From the NCBI GenBank assembly GCA_963665115.1, contig OY762007.1, positions 3,840,001 to 3,904,000 on the forward strand: a stretch of 64,000 nucleotides of DNA. Direction: 5' to 3'. This DNA is from an uncultured Rivularia sp. (GTDB taxonomy: Bacteria > Cyanobacteriota > Cyanobacteriia > Cyanobacteriales > Nostocaceae). The translations under genes and the position numbers were made by a program. Shown piece after piece: positions 1-9,958 of this stretch. Under the pieces are notes generated by a model. That model did not search any database. It saw only the letters and a program-made list of their open reading frames with translations, and was not told the DNA's origin. How positions within the stretch are numbered: position 1 is the stretch's first letter; every line of letters begins with the position of its first letter.

Positions 1-296
1 CGTAATGAGACTGTACGAAATGGTGTAGTAGTACCCGTTAGTGATTGTTCTTGTTGTAATGAACCCGTGCGAGCGATCGCTACATCTACAGCCGTTGCAC
101 CACCTTTTTTTCCTCCCCTACCCTGACGCTGAGATTGAGCCTCGGCTGAATCCTTGGGAAGTGAAGCGCAACTTGTACTTAAAATTCCTACGCCTAAAAT
201 GATTACAATCAATCCGTTAGATGAAGCAAAAAAGCGATACGTATTGAATAAAAAATTATTATTCTTTTGTCTATTTGTCTCCTTTTTGTACCGCAT
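1..296 (-). CDS. Efflux RND transporter periplasmic adaptor (MFP), N-terminal part; runs off the window edge
   Basis: Manual translation from ATG at 296: MRYKKE...GILSTSC...GGATAVDVAIARTGSLQQEQSLTGTTTPFRTVSLR, with a lipobox-like Cys. Paralogous to the N-terminus of 1035..2453 (GGAAAVDAAIARKGQL...TGSTVPFRKISVR). Confidence 0.85.
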   Translation of the reverse strand, partial: MRYKKETNRQKNNNFLFNTYRFFASSNGLIVIILGVGILSTSCASLPKDSAEAQSQRQGRGGKKGGATAVDVAIARTGSLQQEQSLTGTTTPFRTVSL

Positions 297-534
297 ATTT
301 TTGTTTATATTTTGTCTGTAAATTATTTATTTTTGAACTAATACAATTTTTTTAATAATAATTATTAACAGATATAACCAACGAAAAAACGAGGTTATAA
401 ATAGAAATTATGTCTGATTTTGAGAATTATTAATTCTGTTAATTCGAGTCAGCATGAAATAAGATTTCGATAATATTGAAAGCACTTTACATCTTGCAAA
501 CCGTAAGTTAATAGCGCAAGTTGTCTAAAGACAA

Positions 535-645
535 CTAGTACAGTACGGCGTAAATAAAGCACCCATTTAAAAAGTTTGAAAGCCTTATCATATAATACTT
601 TTTACTTCTTACTTTTGACTTTTTACTTCCGCGCAGCGGTACTAG
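535..645. mobile_element. CTAG-bounded miniature dispersed element (MITE-like)
   Basis: Ends CTAGTAC...GTACTAG. The first ~64 bp recur almost identically at 55672..55738. Confidence 0.7.
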
Positions 646-1034
646 TTAAGATTTTCAGTCTGCTTAAGTAGACTTTCGCTATTAGTCTGGGAATTGATTC
701 CGAGGTGGTTTTGAGGGCTAAATGAGAATGGTACAAGAGATCGGAAGCACTGTTCTTTACAACAAGGTTGTTTAAGACGCTAAATTAGTATTTACGTTCA
801 AAATGTTTGTATTTATAGTACAAACGCTTATCTAACAATTTACGCTTATGTATGAAATTTATTTATGCAGTTATTAAATATTATAAGTATTTTTAAACAA
901 TTATCACTATATCGCAAGTTATAAAATTTACACTACTAATCCGTGACTTTTTTCACTTTTGTTTTTGGCTTTTCCGTACATTAGGGTGGGAGACAACAGG
1001 GAATAGTTACCACTAACAATTAACAACTAACCTC

Positions 1035-2453
1035 TCACTCCTCATTTATTTCCGAAAGAATCGATAGACGTACATTCTCGCCATCTTTTAAGGGTTTGTT
1101 ACTCCGTACTACATAAGATTCTCCCGATTTTAAACCCGATACAATTTCTACTTTACCGTCAGTTTTTTCCCCTAAAATTACCCTTCTTGCCCGTACTTTC
1201 TTTGTTTTCTCGTCTTCTACAACAATAAATACCGTACCTTGAATATTTGTATTTAATTGAAATGCAGTTCTTTTAACATCTGCTTCTGTTTGAATTGCTC
1301 TGAATGGTACTATAACTTTCTGTGCGGTTGTATTCTGAAAATTGACTCGCGCTAATAAGCCGCTACCAATTTTGCCGTCAATATTCGGCATTACTACTTC
1401 TACGGGTATTAAACGAGCCGTTGTATTTGCTGCTGGTGAAATGCGTTTTAAAGTACCGATATATTCTTGATTGGGAAAAGCATCTAATAAAATCTTTACA
1501 GATTGTCCTATTTCAAGTTTTCCTAGCTCTAATTCTGAAACTTGAACTTCTATTTTTACTCTACTAAAATCGCCGATTTTTAATATTTCATTACCGGGTT
1601 GTATTAAGTTACCCGGCTCGATTGTCTTTTCTAAAACTACACCTGCAATCGGAGATGTTAATTTCGCGTAGCTCCTACGCTCTTTTGCTTGAGCAACTAC
1701 TGCTTGCTGTGCTACTACTCTTGCTTTTGCTGCAATGACGGCTTGCTGCTCTATTTGCACTTGTTTTTGTGCTGCCTCAACCGCTTTTGCTGCTGCTTGG
1801 GCTGTGGTGCGCGTTTGCTCGGCTATTGCGCGGGCGATCGCACCTTCAGACAACAATTTTTCCTGTCTCTGAGCATCTGCTTCTTCTTGCTGTAATTCTA
1901 ATCGCGCTCTCTCTACTTCTGTTAAAGCGTTACCTACTCGGCTATTAGCTCTTGCTACTTCTGACTTAAGCGCCGCAAGCTCTGCTTGTGTTTGATTTAA
2001 TGAGGTTTTGAGCAAAGTATCATCAATTAATCCAACAACATACCCTTTAGTGACTTTATCGCCTAGATCCACATTCAGCGCTAATAACTGCCCAACAAGG
2101 CGCGATCGCACTGAAATTTTCCGAAATGGCACGGTACTTCCGGTATAAGATAATTTTTCGTTTAACTGCCCTTTTCGAGCAATGGCTGCATCTACAGCAG
2201 CCGCACCTCCCCGACGTTTCGATGTGGCTTGAGCAGTTTCTTTGGGTGCTGAATTACAACTTGTAATCAGTAAACCGCTAACCAAATAAAATCCAAATAA
2301 AATCGAGGTAGAGCGCAATAAATTACTCTTTATTTTGATAAATAGTTGCTTTACAAATGCGTCTTTTTTAAAACATCTTTTTCTCGCCTTTTTTCCTACA
2401 TGGAAATGCTGTTGTTGATTGTACATTTGTTTATAATTTGTAATATGACTCAA
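1035..2453 (-). CDS. Efflux RND transporter periplasmic adaptor subunit
   Basis: Lipobox (LITSC), lipoyl half-motifs (VDLGDKVTKG; LTSPIAGVVLEKTIEPG), long coiled coil and C-terminal GKVEIVSGLKSGE. Confidence 0.92.
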   Translation of the reverse strand: MSHITNYKQMYNQQQHFHVGKKARKRCFKKDAFVKQLFIKIKSNLLRSTSILFGFYLVSGLLITSCNSAPKETAQATSKRRGGAAAVDAAIARKGQLNEKLSYTGSTVPFRKISVRSRLVGQLLALNVDLGDKVTKGYVVGLIDDTLLKTSLNQTQAELAALKSEVARANSRVGNALTEVERARLELQQEEADAQRQEKLLSEGAIARAIAEQTRTTAQAAAKAVEAAQKQVQIEQQAVIAAKARVVAQQAVVAQAKERRSYAKLTSPIAGVVLEKTIEPGNLIQPGNEILKIGDFSRVKIEVQVSELELGKLEIGQSVKILLDAFPNQEYIGTLKRISPAANTTARLIPVEVVMPNIDGKIGSGLLARVNFQNTTAQKVIVPFRAIQTEADVKRTAFQLNTNIQGTVFIVVEDEKTKKVRARRVILGEKTDGKVEIVSGLKSGESYVVRSNKPLKDGENVRLSILSEINEE

Positions 2454-2550
2454 CTTGCATTCCTTGTTCCTAAAAGCTTGTAAAAAACACGGTAGTAGGA
2501 GAAGGGAAAGTTTATCTAATCTAAAAAGCTAACCAAACGCCAATTCAGGA

Positions 2551-2706
2551 TCAAAACAATTCAAAATTACCATTGCCTGAAGTCTGAGGTTTGAAACGGC
2601 GTGTGGAATGTTTCGATAATTTTCTCCTTTTAAGGAGAGGCTTGTATGCTTAATGAAATAATTAAAATAGAATTAATTTTTAATTTTACATTTTTAATTT
2701 TGAATT
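2551..2706. mobile_element. MITE-like dispersed repeat, copy 1
   Basis: AATTCAAAATT...AATTTTGAATT inverted ends. Internal blocks (AAGTCTGAGG.TTGAA, AAGGAGAG..TTGTAT) are shared with 5563..5743. Confidence 0.6.
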
Positions 2707-3073
2707 AAAAAAAATGGTCATCTAATAAATATTTTTAAATAAGTATTAGAAAACACTTGACAATGATTTCTCATCGCTCATGGTCAGTCATTTATTTTAT
2801 ACACTAGGTGTCATTATAAACCGAGCGTTAGAAAGTTAATCTCTGATTCAACCGATAATCTGTCTAAAGATATAAAAATTTTTGTTTTCCGATTTTCTCT
2901 TCTAAACAGCGCTGCATAACTAAGTAGTTGTTAACACTATTCAATCTAAAGACAATTTCGATGCGCTATATTGTATCGAACATACCAGTATTTTACAAAA
3001 TATGTAGTTAACCTTAATATATATTACAAAATCTGGTATTTGCAGGGTATATAGTGTATTCAATCTCAACTTA

Positions 3074-3634
3074 ATGAGGAAACAACCAGTGACATCTCCC
3101 ATCAAACTTTTACAAATAGCTGAAGCTACCTTGATTGCAGAATTTTTTCGAGAATCAGTTGGTAAATGGAATTCGGAAAGACGTTACTACACTTTACCGG
3201 ATGGAAAAACCAAAGAAGTTGCGAGTGTCATTACCATTCGGTTTTTAGAAGCGGGATGCGATGAATTGCAAAAACTCGCACGGATGCACGAATTAGATGA
3301 GTCTACCATCATGACTTGCGGTGCTGAAGTTTCTTGGGAAAGTACCAACGCCGTAACCAAAGCAAAAGAGTCCCCCCAAGGTTTAACATTATTCGGTGCT
3401 TTAGGAAATATATTGTATCGCGATCGCGGTTTTGCAACGTCGAAACCAATCACCGCAGAGTATCATTTCCCTGCTGAGAAAACTTTGTGTTTGCGTACCG
3501 AGTATAACGGCTCGGTGTTTGAGGAAGAACTTAAATTTATTGGTGAAAAATACCGTACCCGTCAATCTGTAATTTCCCGTGCTGGAGAGCAGGTAATGAT
3601 TGGGCAGTATTTAGAAAAGCGGATTGAAGAATAA
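3074..3634 (+). CDS. Phycobiliprotein lyase, CpcS/CpeS family (CpcV-like)
   Basis: EFFRESVGKWNSERRYY, LYRDRGF, LRTEYNG...EEEL...RTRQ...GQYLEKR motifs of S-type lyases. Alternative GTG start at 3089. Confidence 0.85.
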   Translation: MRKQPVTSPIKLLQIAEATLIAEFFRESVGKWNSERRYYTLPDGKTKEVASVITIRFLEAGCDELQKLARMHELDESTIMTCGAEVSWESTNAVTKAKESPQGLTLFGALGNILYRDRGFATSKPITAEYHFPAEKTLCLRTEYNGSVFEEELKFIGEKYRTRQSVISRAGEQVMIGQYLEKRIEE

Positions 3635-4226
3635 TATGGCAGTTCAAACTTTAGCTTCATTGATAGGTTAAAGTTTGTATTGTTAATTGCTGCTGCTTAA
3701 TTGCCAACGTGGAGAATTTAAACTCAACACTGTTTCTGATATTTTTAATCTATATAGTTTTACAGATATTATTTAATCTAGTAGTACGAATCTTATTAGT
3801 TATTGCTTCGTTTATAGTTGTTTAACGGGTGTCTAAGTGGTATGGATAGTGTTTGTTGATTGGTAGTAGTATTTTTTTACAATTTAATAAAATTAATTTA
3901 ACCTAATAGTGCAACACTATTAGGTTTATTTTTAAATGTATATACAAGCATTAAATATAAAGATTCGTAGTAAGGGCTTTAGCCCCTCCGAATTGCGTTA
4001 TAAAAGGCATTAAATAGTAATTATTCTTCTCATTATCTCCTCAAAAAAAGTACCCATAGGGGTAATAAAATTTTATATAAATGAGTGCCAATAATAGTAA
4101 TCCAATCAAATTATAAGCTGTTATAAAGTTTTATTAAAACTCTGTGATTTTTTAGATAACCAAGCTTGTTATTAGGGAAGTAAATATTAGAACAAACCCT
4201 AATCTTTTTAAATAATTGAAGAGAAA

Positions 4227-4742
4227 ATGATTAACGTTTCGATTAGTGATGAGAATCCTGAAATAAAAAACCTTTTAATTAAATGCTTGCAAACAGCAGG
4301 ATTTGAGGTTGTTAGCAAAAAAAATGGTCTGATTAGCTTTCGGCTGGCACTTAGGGAATTTTCTACTACCACCGAGAAGGAATCCAATATTCCTGGATCT
4401 ATATTTCCATCTATTCCCCGACTGCATGAAGTTTTTGAGTTCATTGAATTGAATTACGATCAAAATATTGGACTAAAACAAGTAGCTCAAGCAGTAGGTT
4501 ATTCTTCAGCTTACTTAACCAACTTAGTGCGAAGACTTACCGGGAAAACTGTCAATAATTGGATTATCGAACGCCGAATAGCGGAAGCAAAGCGCTTGCT
4601 TTTAGAAACCAACGACTCTATTGAACGGATTGCTTTTAATGTAGGCTATCAGAATATGAATCACTTCTACTATCAGTTTCGTAACTACTATAAAAATACT
4701 CCCGGTGCTTGGAGAGAAACACAGCGTTGTTTAGTAGCTTAA
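4227..4742 (+). CDS. AraC-family transcriptional regulator with a vestigial receiver N-terminus
   Basis: Two HTH motifs (LKQVAQAVGYSSAYL; SIERIAFNVGYQNMNHFYYQFR...TPGAWR). Confidence 0.88.
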   Translation: MINVSISDENPEIKNLLIKCLQTAGFEVVSKKNGLISFRLALREFSTTTEKESNIPGSIFPSIPRLHEVFEFIELNYDQNIGLKQVAQAVGYSSAYLTNLVRRLTGKTVNNWIIERRIAEAKRLLLETNDSIERIAFNVGYQNMNHFYYQFRNYYKNTPGAWRETQRCLVA

Positions 4743-5086
4743 AAGTAAATACAAAGCTCAAAGGGTTATAACTAGTGAAATCAATCTTTTATTGCTGGGC
4801 GGCTCTTTTCAAAAAGAGTTTGACTATATTTTAATTCTTGCAGTAGTGATGCTTTAAACAGTAGCTTACTGCTTTTTTTTAATATGTAACATTATAAAAT
4901 CCTATTCGCTATAACTCGATAAAAATCAAAAATATCTACAAATAGTTAACTATATTTTCCTTTAACTCCTACAAATAATTAATAAACAAACTTAGATTTA
5001 CAGGATAAATTGATATTAAGAAATAAGGGAAAGCTTAATACATCAGCTAAACCTTAGTTCTATTCATTTCAATTCTATATTCAAAG

Positions 5087-5548
5087 GTGAAAAAGATGAA
5101 CTTTAAAACAACAAGAACCAAATTACTCAGTACTTTGTTTGGCGGTGCAGCTTTGGCTTCAATGTTCGGAGGAATGATATTTGTAGATAGTGCGGTTGCA
5201 CAAAAACCATCCTCAAGTAGACATGGACGCTGCTATTCCTATACCATCGTAAACAGAACAAATCGTGGCGTTGATTTCAATATTAACAACCGTAAAGCTT
5301 ACTTAGCAGCAAAAGGTACACGTCGTTTGCGCCGTTGTTTCCGACGTAGAGTAAATCATCCATTGGTTAAATTCGACAAAATTATCGGTAGTGGATACAA
5401 ATTAACAAGAGTAAGATTATCACCAGGAAGAAATGGTTTTGATCGTCAGGGAAAAACATTACTCTTGACAACTGGTACTCCTGCTAATAATCCCGTTCCT
5501 AATGCTGTTCCCAACAGACCAGTTCCTAACAAAGCTAATTTAGACTAA
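5087..5548 (+). CDS. Hypothetical secreted basic protein
   Basis: 153-aa ORF with a signal peptide ending AVA|Q, an Arg-rich core with two Cys and a C-terminal VPN repeat. Confidence 0.7.
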   Translation: MKKMNFKTTRTKLLSTLFGGAALASMFGGMIFVDSAVAQKPSSSRHGRCYSYTIVNRTNRGVDFNINNRKAYLAAKGTRRLRRCFRRRVNHPLVKFDKIIGSGYKLTRVRLSPGRNGFDRQGKTLLLTTGTPANNPVPNAVPNRPVPNKANLD

Positions 5549-5562
5549 GATATGAAAATAGG

Positions 5563-5743
5563 TCAAAACAATTCAAAATTATCAATTCAAAATTAAAAAA
5601 TACCATCCCCTAAAGTCTGAGGCTTGAAGTAAAGAAGATGTTTTTATCTGTTTATCCTGGAAAGGAGAGATTTGTATCATTAATTAAATAATTACAAATT
5701 CATTCTTCTTGAATTTTTAGTTTTTAATTTTTAATTTTGAAAT
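5563..5743. mobile_element. MITE-like dispersed repeat, copy 2
   Basis: Same termini and internal blocks as 2551..2706. Confidence 0.6.
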
Positions 5744-5917
5744 CAAAAAATAGTTCTTATTTGTTAAAAACTAGTAATTATACTTACTAGTTTTATTTTT
5801 TATTTATACAGATTTAGTTTGCAAAATCAAAAAAAGGTTGTTAGTATCGAGGTGGCTTTTTCGTGATTATATTTACCAGTGTATTCTACCAGTTGATGTA
5901 ATTTAACATTGGAAAAT

Positions 5918-8401
5918 ATGGCAATTATCACAGTTTCTAGCGCGGCAGATAGTGGAAAAGGAACGCTTAGAGAAGCTATTTTACAGGCAAATTCAGGGGA
6001 TACGATTCGCTTCAATTCATCTCTTGCTAACAAAACTATTAAACTGAACGAGCAGCTTGTCGTTGATAAAAGTCTTACTATTGATGGGGCTGATGCATCC
6101 AATTTAACTATCAGCGGTGAGAATAAAACGCGCATTCTACGTGTTAGCTATGACTACTCGGATGTAGTACTGCGAAACCTCACCTTTGCGAATGGTAGAG
6201 CAGTCGATAAAGACTCCAAAAAAATGCGGGGTGGAGCAATTGAACTTGTAGACTCTAATAACTTGGTAGTCGAAAATTCGCGCTTTATCGACAATGTAGG
6301 CGAACGAAGTGGTGCAATTTTTGTTGGCTACGGTGCTAAAGCCAAAGTTATAAACAGTGTTTTTGATGGAAACGACGGTTCGGTTGCTGGTGACGGCTTT
6401 AGTGCAGGTGCAATCTCTACCTATGGAGGTGGAGACAGAGCAACCGTTGTTAATAGCAATGGCGATCGCAATGTTGGTGGAGATGCTTCTCTAGAAATTC
6501 GCGGCTCTACTTTTACAAATAACAAAGGAACCTACGGGGCTGTCTATACCTTATTAACTAATCTCAAAGTTGAGGATTCAATCTTTAAGAATAATGAGGG
6601 TGTTGACGGAAGCGGAGCTATCTTCACCGATGGAGCCAACGGAACCGAGAAACGCGATAATTTCGGGGGAACAACCCTGATTCGCAACGTTGTGGCAGAG
6701 GATAATATCGGCGGTGGAGATTATGGTGGAGCTTTTTTCCTCAGCGGATACTCCAAAGACAAGATTGTGATTGAAAACAGTAAAATCATTAACAATAAAG
6801 CTAGAAGAGGTGGAGGCTTAGCCGTTCAATCTTATCGAGATGAAGAAAATCCTGCTTCGTTAGTAATTCGCGATTCCACAATTGCCGACAATACCTCCAC
6901 ATCACAGGGAGGAGGTTTATGGACGGATGTTAAAGGTGGAGTCACAATTGAAGACTCAACCTTCTCTGGCAACCGCATCGAGAATTCTAAAGGAAGTGGA
7001 ATCGGTGGAGCAATTGTCCTCAATTATAAAAGTCCAGCTAAATCGAAAATTATCAACTCAACGTTTGTTGACAACTATGCTGGAGATCAAGCCGGAAGTA
7101 TCTGGATTGCTGGGAAACAACAGGCAAAAAACCTCACCATCAGCAAGTCTGAGTTTGCAGACAACCGTTCGAGCAATAAAGAATTAGAGAATACAGTTAA
7201 TTACAAAGTAACTAATGGCGGTGGGAACGTCGTTCAAAATATAGACGGTACAGATTCAGGTATTCCTGGAGCGAAGTTGGTTGATGATTTGCAATTAAGT
7301 GTAAATCCAGTTCCTCAAAATGACGATAATCCTGTTCGCAATCCAGTGTCTGAACCGCCTATGGATACAGGAAATCCCCAACCCGAACTTTTACGTTATG
7401 AAGCCGAAGAACTTACCCTAGATGGTTATAAAGTAGAGACTGTAAAAAACTCTGGTGCTTCAGGTGGAAAGCATATCTCTCTGAAAGGGAATACTCAGAA
7501 TAAAGGCTCTGCTACAGGTACATTTGAGGGTGAAACAGGAACTTATCAAGTAAAAGTTGGTTATTTCGACGAAAACGATGGTCAATCTAAAGCTAAAGTT
7601 ACTGTAGGGGAAGAGAGTACAAGCTTTACTTTTGACAAAGATTTACCCGATGGCTGGGCAAAACCTGCTTCAAAAACTAGTCGTATTGCCATAGAGTCAG
7701 TGCAATTAGAGTCTGGAGATACCTTCAAAATCGAAGGAATTAGTAACAAAGGTGAATTTGCTCGCTTCGATTACATTGAATTTTCTCCCAAGCCAACTTC
7801 CGCAGCAACTCCTCAAACTCCTATGGAGGCAGCAGGGAGTAGGGAGCAGGAAGTAGGAGGAGAAGAGGATACAGTTATTAGTGGAATAGTAAATCTGAGT
7901 AAAGTTGATTTTGATGGAGATGGCACAACTGACGAACGGGTTTCGTTGATTTTGGATGATATTAACAGTACAGCATCCTATAGTAATTCAGCAGGTTTTT
8001 ATCAAGTCTTAGACTCAGATGGTACTGTAGTCGATCCAGTTACAAATCAGCAGATTAAACCGGGAGAACAAGGATATGAAACAGCAGCACTTAATCAAAG
8101 TATTCCTGAATTAGAATTTGATAAAAATGATCGTAGTTTAACCGCAGAAGTTGATGGGGGAATATTTTTAGCACCATACTTGATTGCCAACGGTACCGCA
8201 GAAGAATTTATCGACAAAAACCCCACAAATGAAAAGTCTGGAAGCGGATTAAATGCCTACTTTGCTTTTGGAAATGCTAATCCAGATGGAATAGAGCATC
8301 TCAAATCTTCAGATAGCGACTTTGGTTTTGAGGATTTATATGGTGGAGGAGATAAAGATTTTACGGATTTGACTTTCAATTTGAGTGTGGAGAGTGCTTA
8401 A
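5918..8401 (+). CDS. Large extracellular protein: beta-helix (GGAI repeats), carbohydrate-binding-like module and DUF4114-like C-terminus
   Basis: ITVSSAADSGKGTLREAI start, repeated GGAI/FxxN motifs, RYEAEELTLDGY...ARFDYIEF module, and C-terminal ANPDGIEH...FGFEDLYGGGDKDFTDL. Confidence 0.8.
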   Translation: MAIITVSSAADSGKGTLREAILQANSGDTIRFNSSLANKTIKLNEQLVVDKSLTIDGADASNLTISGENKTRILRVSYDYSDVVLRNLTFANGRAVDKDSKKMRGGAIELVDSNNLVVENSRFIDNVGERSGAIFVGYGAKAKVINSVFDGNDGSVAGDGFSAGAISTYGGGDRATVVNSNGDRNVGGDASLEIRGSTFTNNKGTYGAVYTLLTNLKVEDSIFKNNEGVDGSGAIFTDGANGTEKRDNFGGTTLIRNVVAEDNIGGGDYGGAFFLSGYSKDKIVIENSKIINNKARRGGGLAVQSYRDEENPASLVIRDSTIADNTSTSQGGGLWTDVKGGVTIEDSTFSGNRIENSKGSGIGGAIVLNYKSPAKSKIINSTFVDNYAGDQAGSIWIAGKQQAKNLTISKSEFADNRSSNKELENTVNYKVTNGGGNVVQNIDGTDSGIPGAKLVDDLQLSVNPVPQNDDNPVRNPVSEPPMDTGNPQPELLRYEAEELTLDGYKVETVKNSGASGGKHISLKGNTQNKGSATGTFEGETGTYQVKVGYFDENDGQSKAKVTVGEESTSFTFDKDLPDGWAKPASKTSRIAIESVQLESGDTFKIEGISNKGEFARFDYIEFSPKPTSAATPQTPMEAAGSREQEVGGEEDTVISGIVNLSKVDFDGDGTTDERVSLILDDINSTASYSNSAGFYQVLDSDGTVVDPVTNQQIKPGEQGYETAALNQSIPELEFDKNDRSLTAEVDGGIFLAPYLIANGTAEEFIDKNPTNEKSGSGLNAYFAFGNANPDGIEHLKSSDSDFGFEDLYGGGDKDFTDLTFNLSVESA

Positions 8402-8423
8402 TTTTTAGTATTCCATACATCTC

Positions 8424-8462
8424 GATCCCCCCAACCCCCCTTTTTAAGGGGGGCTTTTTTTA
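8424..8462 (+). terminator. GC hairpin with T-tail (repeat-derived), probable terminator
   Basis: CCCCCCTT-TTT-AAGGGGGG followed by a T-run, just after the stop at 8401. Confidence 0.5.
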
Positions 8463-8520
8463 ATTTTGTTTGAAAAAAATAATTGAATATAAAACAAGAT
8501 ATTATATTTAACAAATTCGC

Positions 8521-8706
8521 TTATTTAGCAGTTTGTTCTTGCGAGGCTTTTCTCACCTCATCGACTGTTAAATCTAAAGCTTGTGCTGCTTGTTCCACAG
8601 TCAATCCAGCAGCCAACATTGGTGGTATTGCTAATAGCTTTCCTCTAAGTTCACCTTCTGCGAAAGCTTGCTGATATACTTTTGTTTGCTTCAAATCGCT
8701 ATTCAT
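8521..8706 (-). CDS. Stand-alone C-terminal fragment of an Rpn/DUF2887 (PD-(D/E)XK) protein
   Basis: SDLKQTKVYQQAFAEG...KLLAIPPMLAAGLTVEQAAQALDLTVDEVRK is the typical Rpn tail. No nuclease domain lies upstream. Confidence 0.65.
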   Translation of the reverse strand: MNSDLKQTKVYQQAFAEGELRGKLLAIPPMLAAGLTVEQAAQALDLTVDEVRKASQEQTAK

Positions 8707-8930
8707 ACAAGTGTCACAAATGTTGGTTTTAATTGATGTTCGCTGGTGGTAACGAGCGAGACGCTCGCACTACAAAAGACGGTAGAATATGCTATCGGTT
8801 TTCACTAATTAAATGATTGAAAAGCAGAGTATTCTCAAATTATCATATTTGGATATTTGATAACTTTCTCTTGCATCGAAGAAATTGATTGGAGTATGTG
8901 TTGCTGGAACAATACCATTTCGCCAGATGG

Positions 8931-9060
8931 TAAGTAGGTGGGTGGGAAAATTTATAACTATGTCATTGCGAGTGGAACGGAGTGAAACGAAGCAATCACA
9001 AGCACTTCAAGAGTTTTACATTCTGTTACATAGTTTTGTTTATTCTAGCCTACCTACTTA
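8931..9060. mobile_element. MITE-like element with TAAGTAGGT terminal inverted repeats
   Basis: TAAGTAGGTGGG...GCCTACCTACTTA, with an internal TGTCATTGCGAG...GAAGCAATC repeat. Confidence 0.7.
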
Positions 9061-9131
9061 GAGTAGTTACTGATGAAGATTGAAAATTTGAATTTAAGGT
9101 CAATAAGTTGGGTTGAGGAACGAAACCCAAC

Positions 9132-9776
9132 CTACGAAAAACTATCGGTTTTCTCAAAGGCAGACTTGCAAATTATTAGCGACAGGGCTTCACGAATCAT
9201 ATCTATCGTCATAAATGGTGCTTTTGGGTAGTATTTAATAACTTGTTCTGGCAATACCGGAATATGAACAAAACCAACCTTCATCTTAGAATTATTAACT
9301 TCTCTCCAATAAAGAAAATGATAAAAAACTTGATTACACAAATGAGTTCCACAATCGTTTGAAATTTTAGCTGGAATATTATGGTTTTCTAGTAGGGAAA
9401 CTAAACCTTCTTGGTTTGGTAAAGAATTCCAATAAGCCACAGGAGCATCTTTGATAATTAATGTTCCCTTGGGTGCATTTCCTGCTTTGTCCAAAGTCAC
9501 AAAATATCTTAGATTCTTTGCCATTCTCTCAAGAGTTATTTTGTTATAACCGCGTGCTTGTCCGATACCAATACAAATATCGGGTAATAATGTCTTAAGA
9601 GTTTCATTAACTGTATGTTCGAGAGTATTAGTGTTACCGGGCATAATCTTGAAGTCAATGCAATCGATATATTGACTCAGCTTTGAAGGAGGGCGATCGC
9701 GCAAAGATTTTACTAACAACTCTGACGCATTTAAGCCATCGTCATTCGGCTCAAAGCCAGTTATTAAAACTTTCAT
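9132..9776 (-). CDS. pcp: Pyroglutamyl-peptidase I
   Basis: KVLITGFEP, ITLERMAKN, ISNDCGTHLCN and GFVHIP motifs (catalytic Glu/Cys/His). Confidence 0.92.
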   Translation of the reverse strand: MKVLITGFEPNDDGLNASELLVKSLRDRPPSKLSQYIDCIDFKIMPGNTNTLEHTVNETLKTLLPDICIGIGQARGYNKITLERMAKNLRYFVTLDKAGNAPKGTLIIKDAPVAYWNSLPNQEGLVSLLENHNIPAKISNDCGTHLCNQVFYHFLYWREVNNSKMKVGFVHIPVLPEQVIKYYPKAPFMTIDMIREALSLIICKSAFEKTDSFS

Positions 9777-9958
9777 TTAAAAGAATTTTTTTGTTAATAA
9801 TAGTTAGGAAAAGTTGGATTATACCGATAAATAAAGTACGATACACCCTTGAGATCTTGGTTTCGTCTATTGCAAGATTGTGCCAAAACGGAAAAATTGT
9901 ACGCGCTTGGAATTAAAAAGACGAATTTTTTAAACTTTAAACTACTAAGGGCTTTTAA

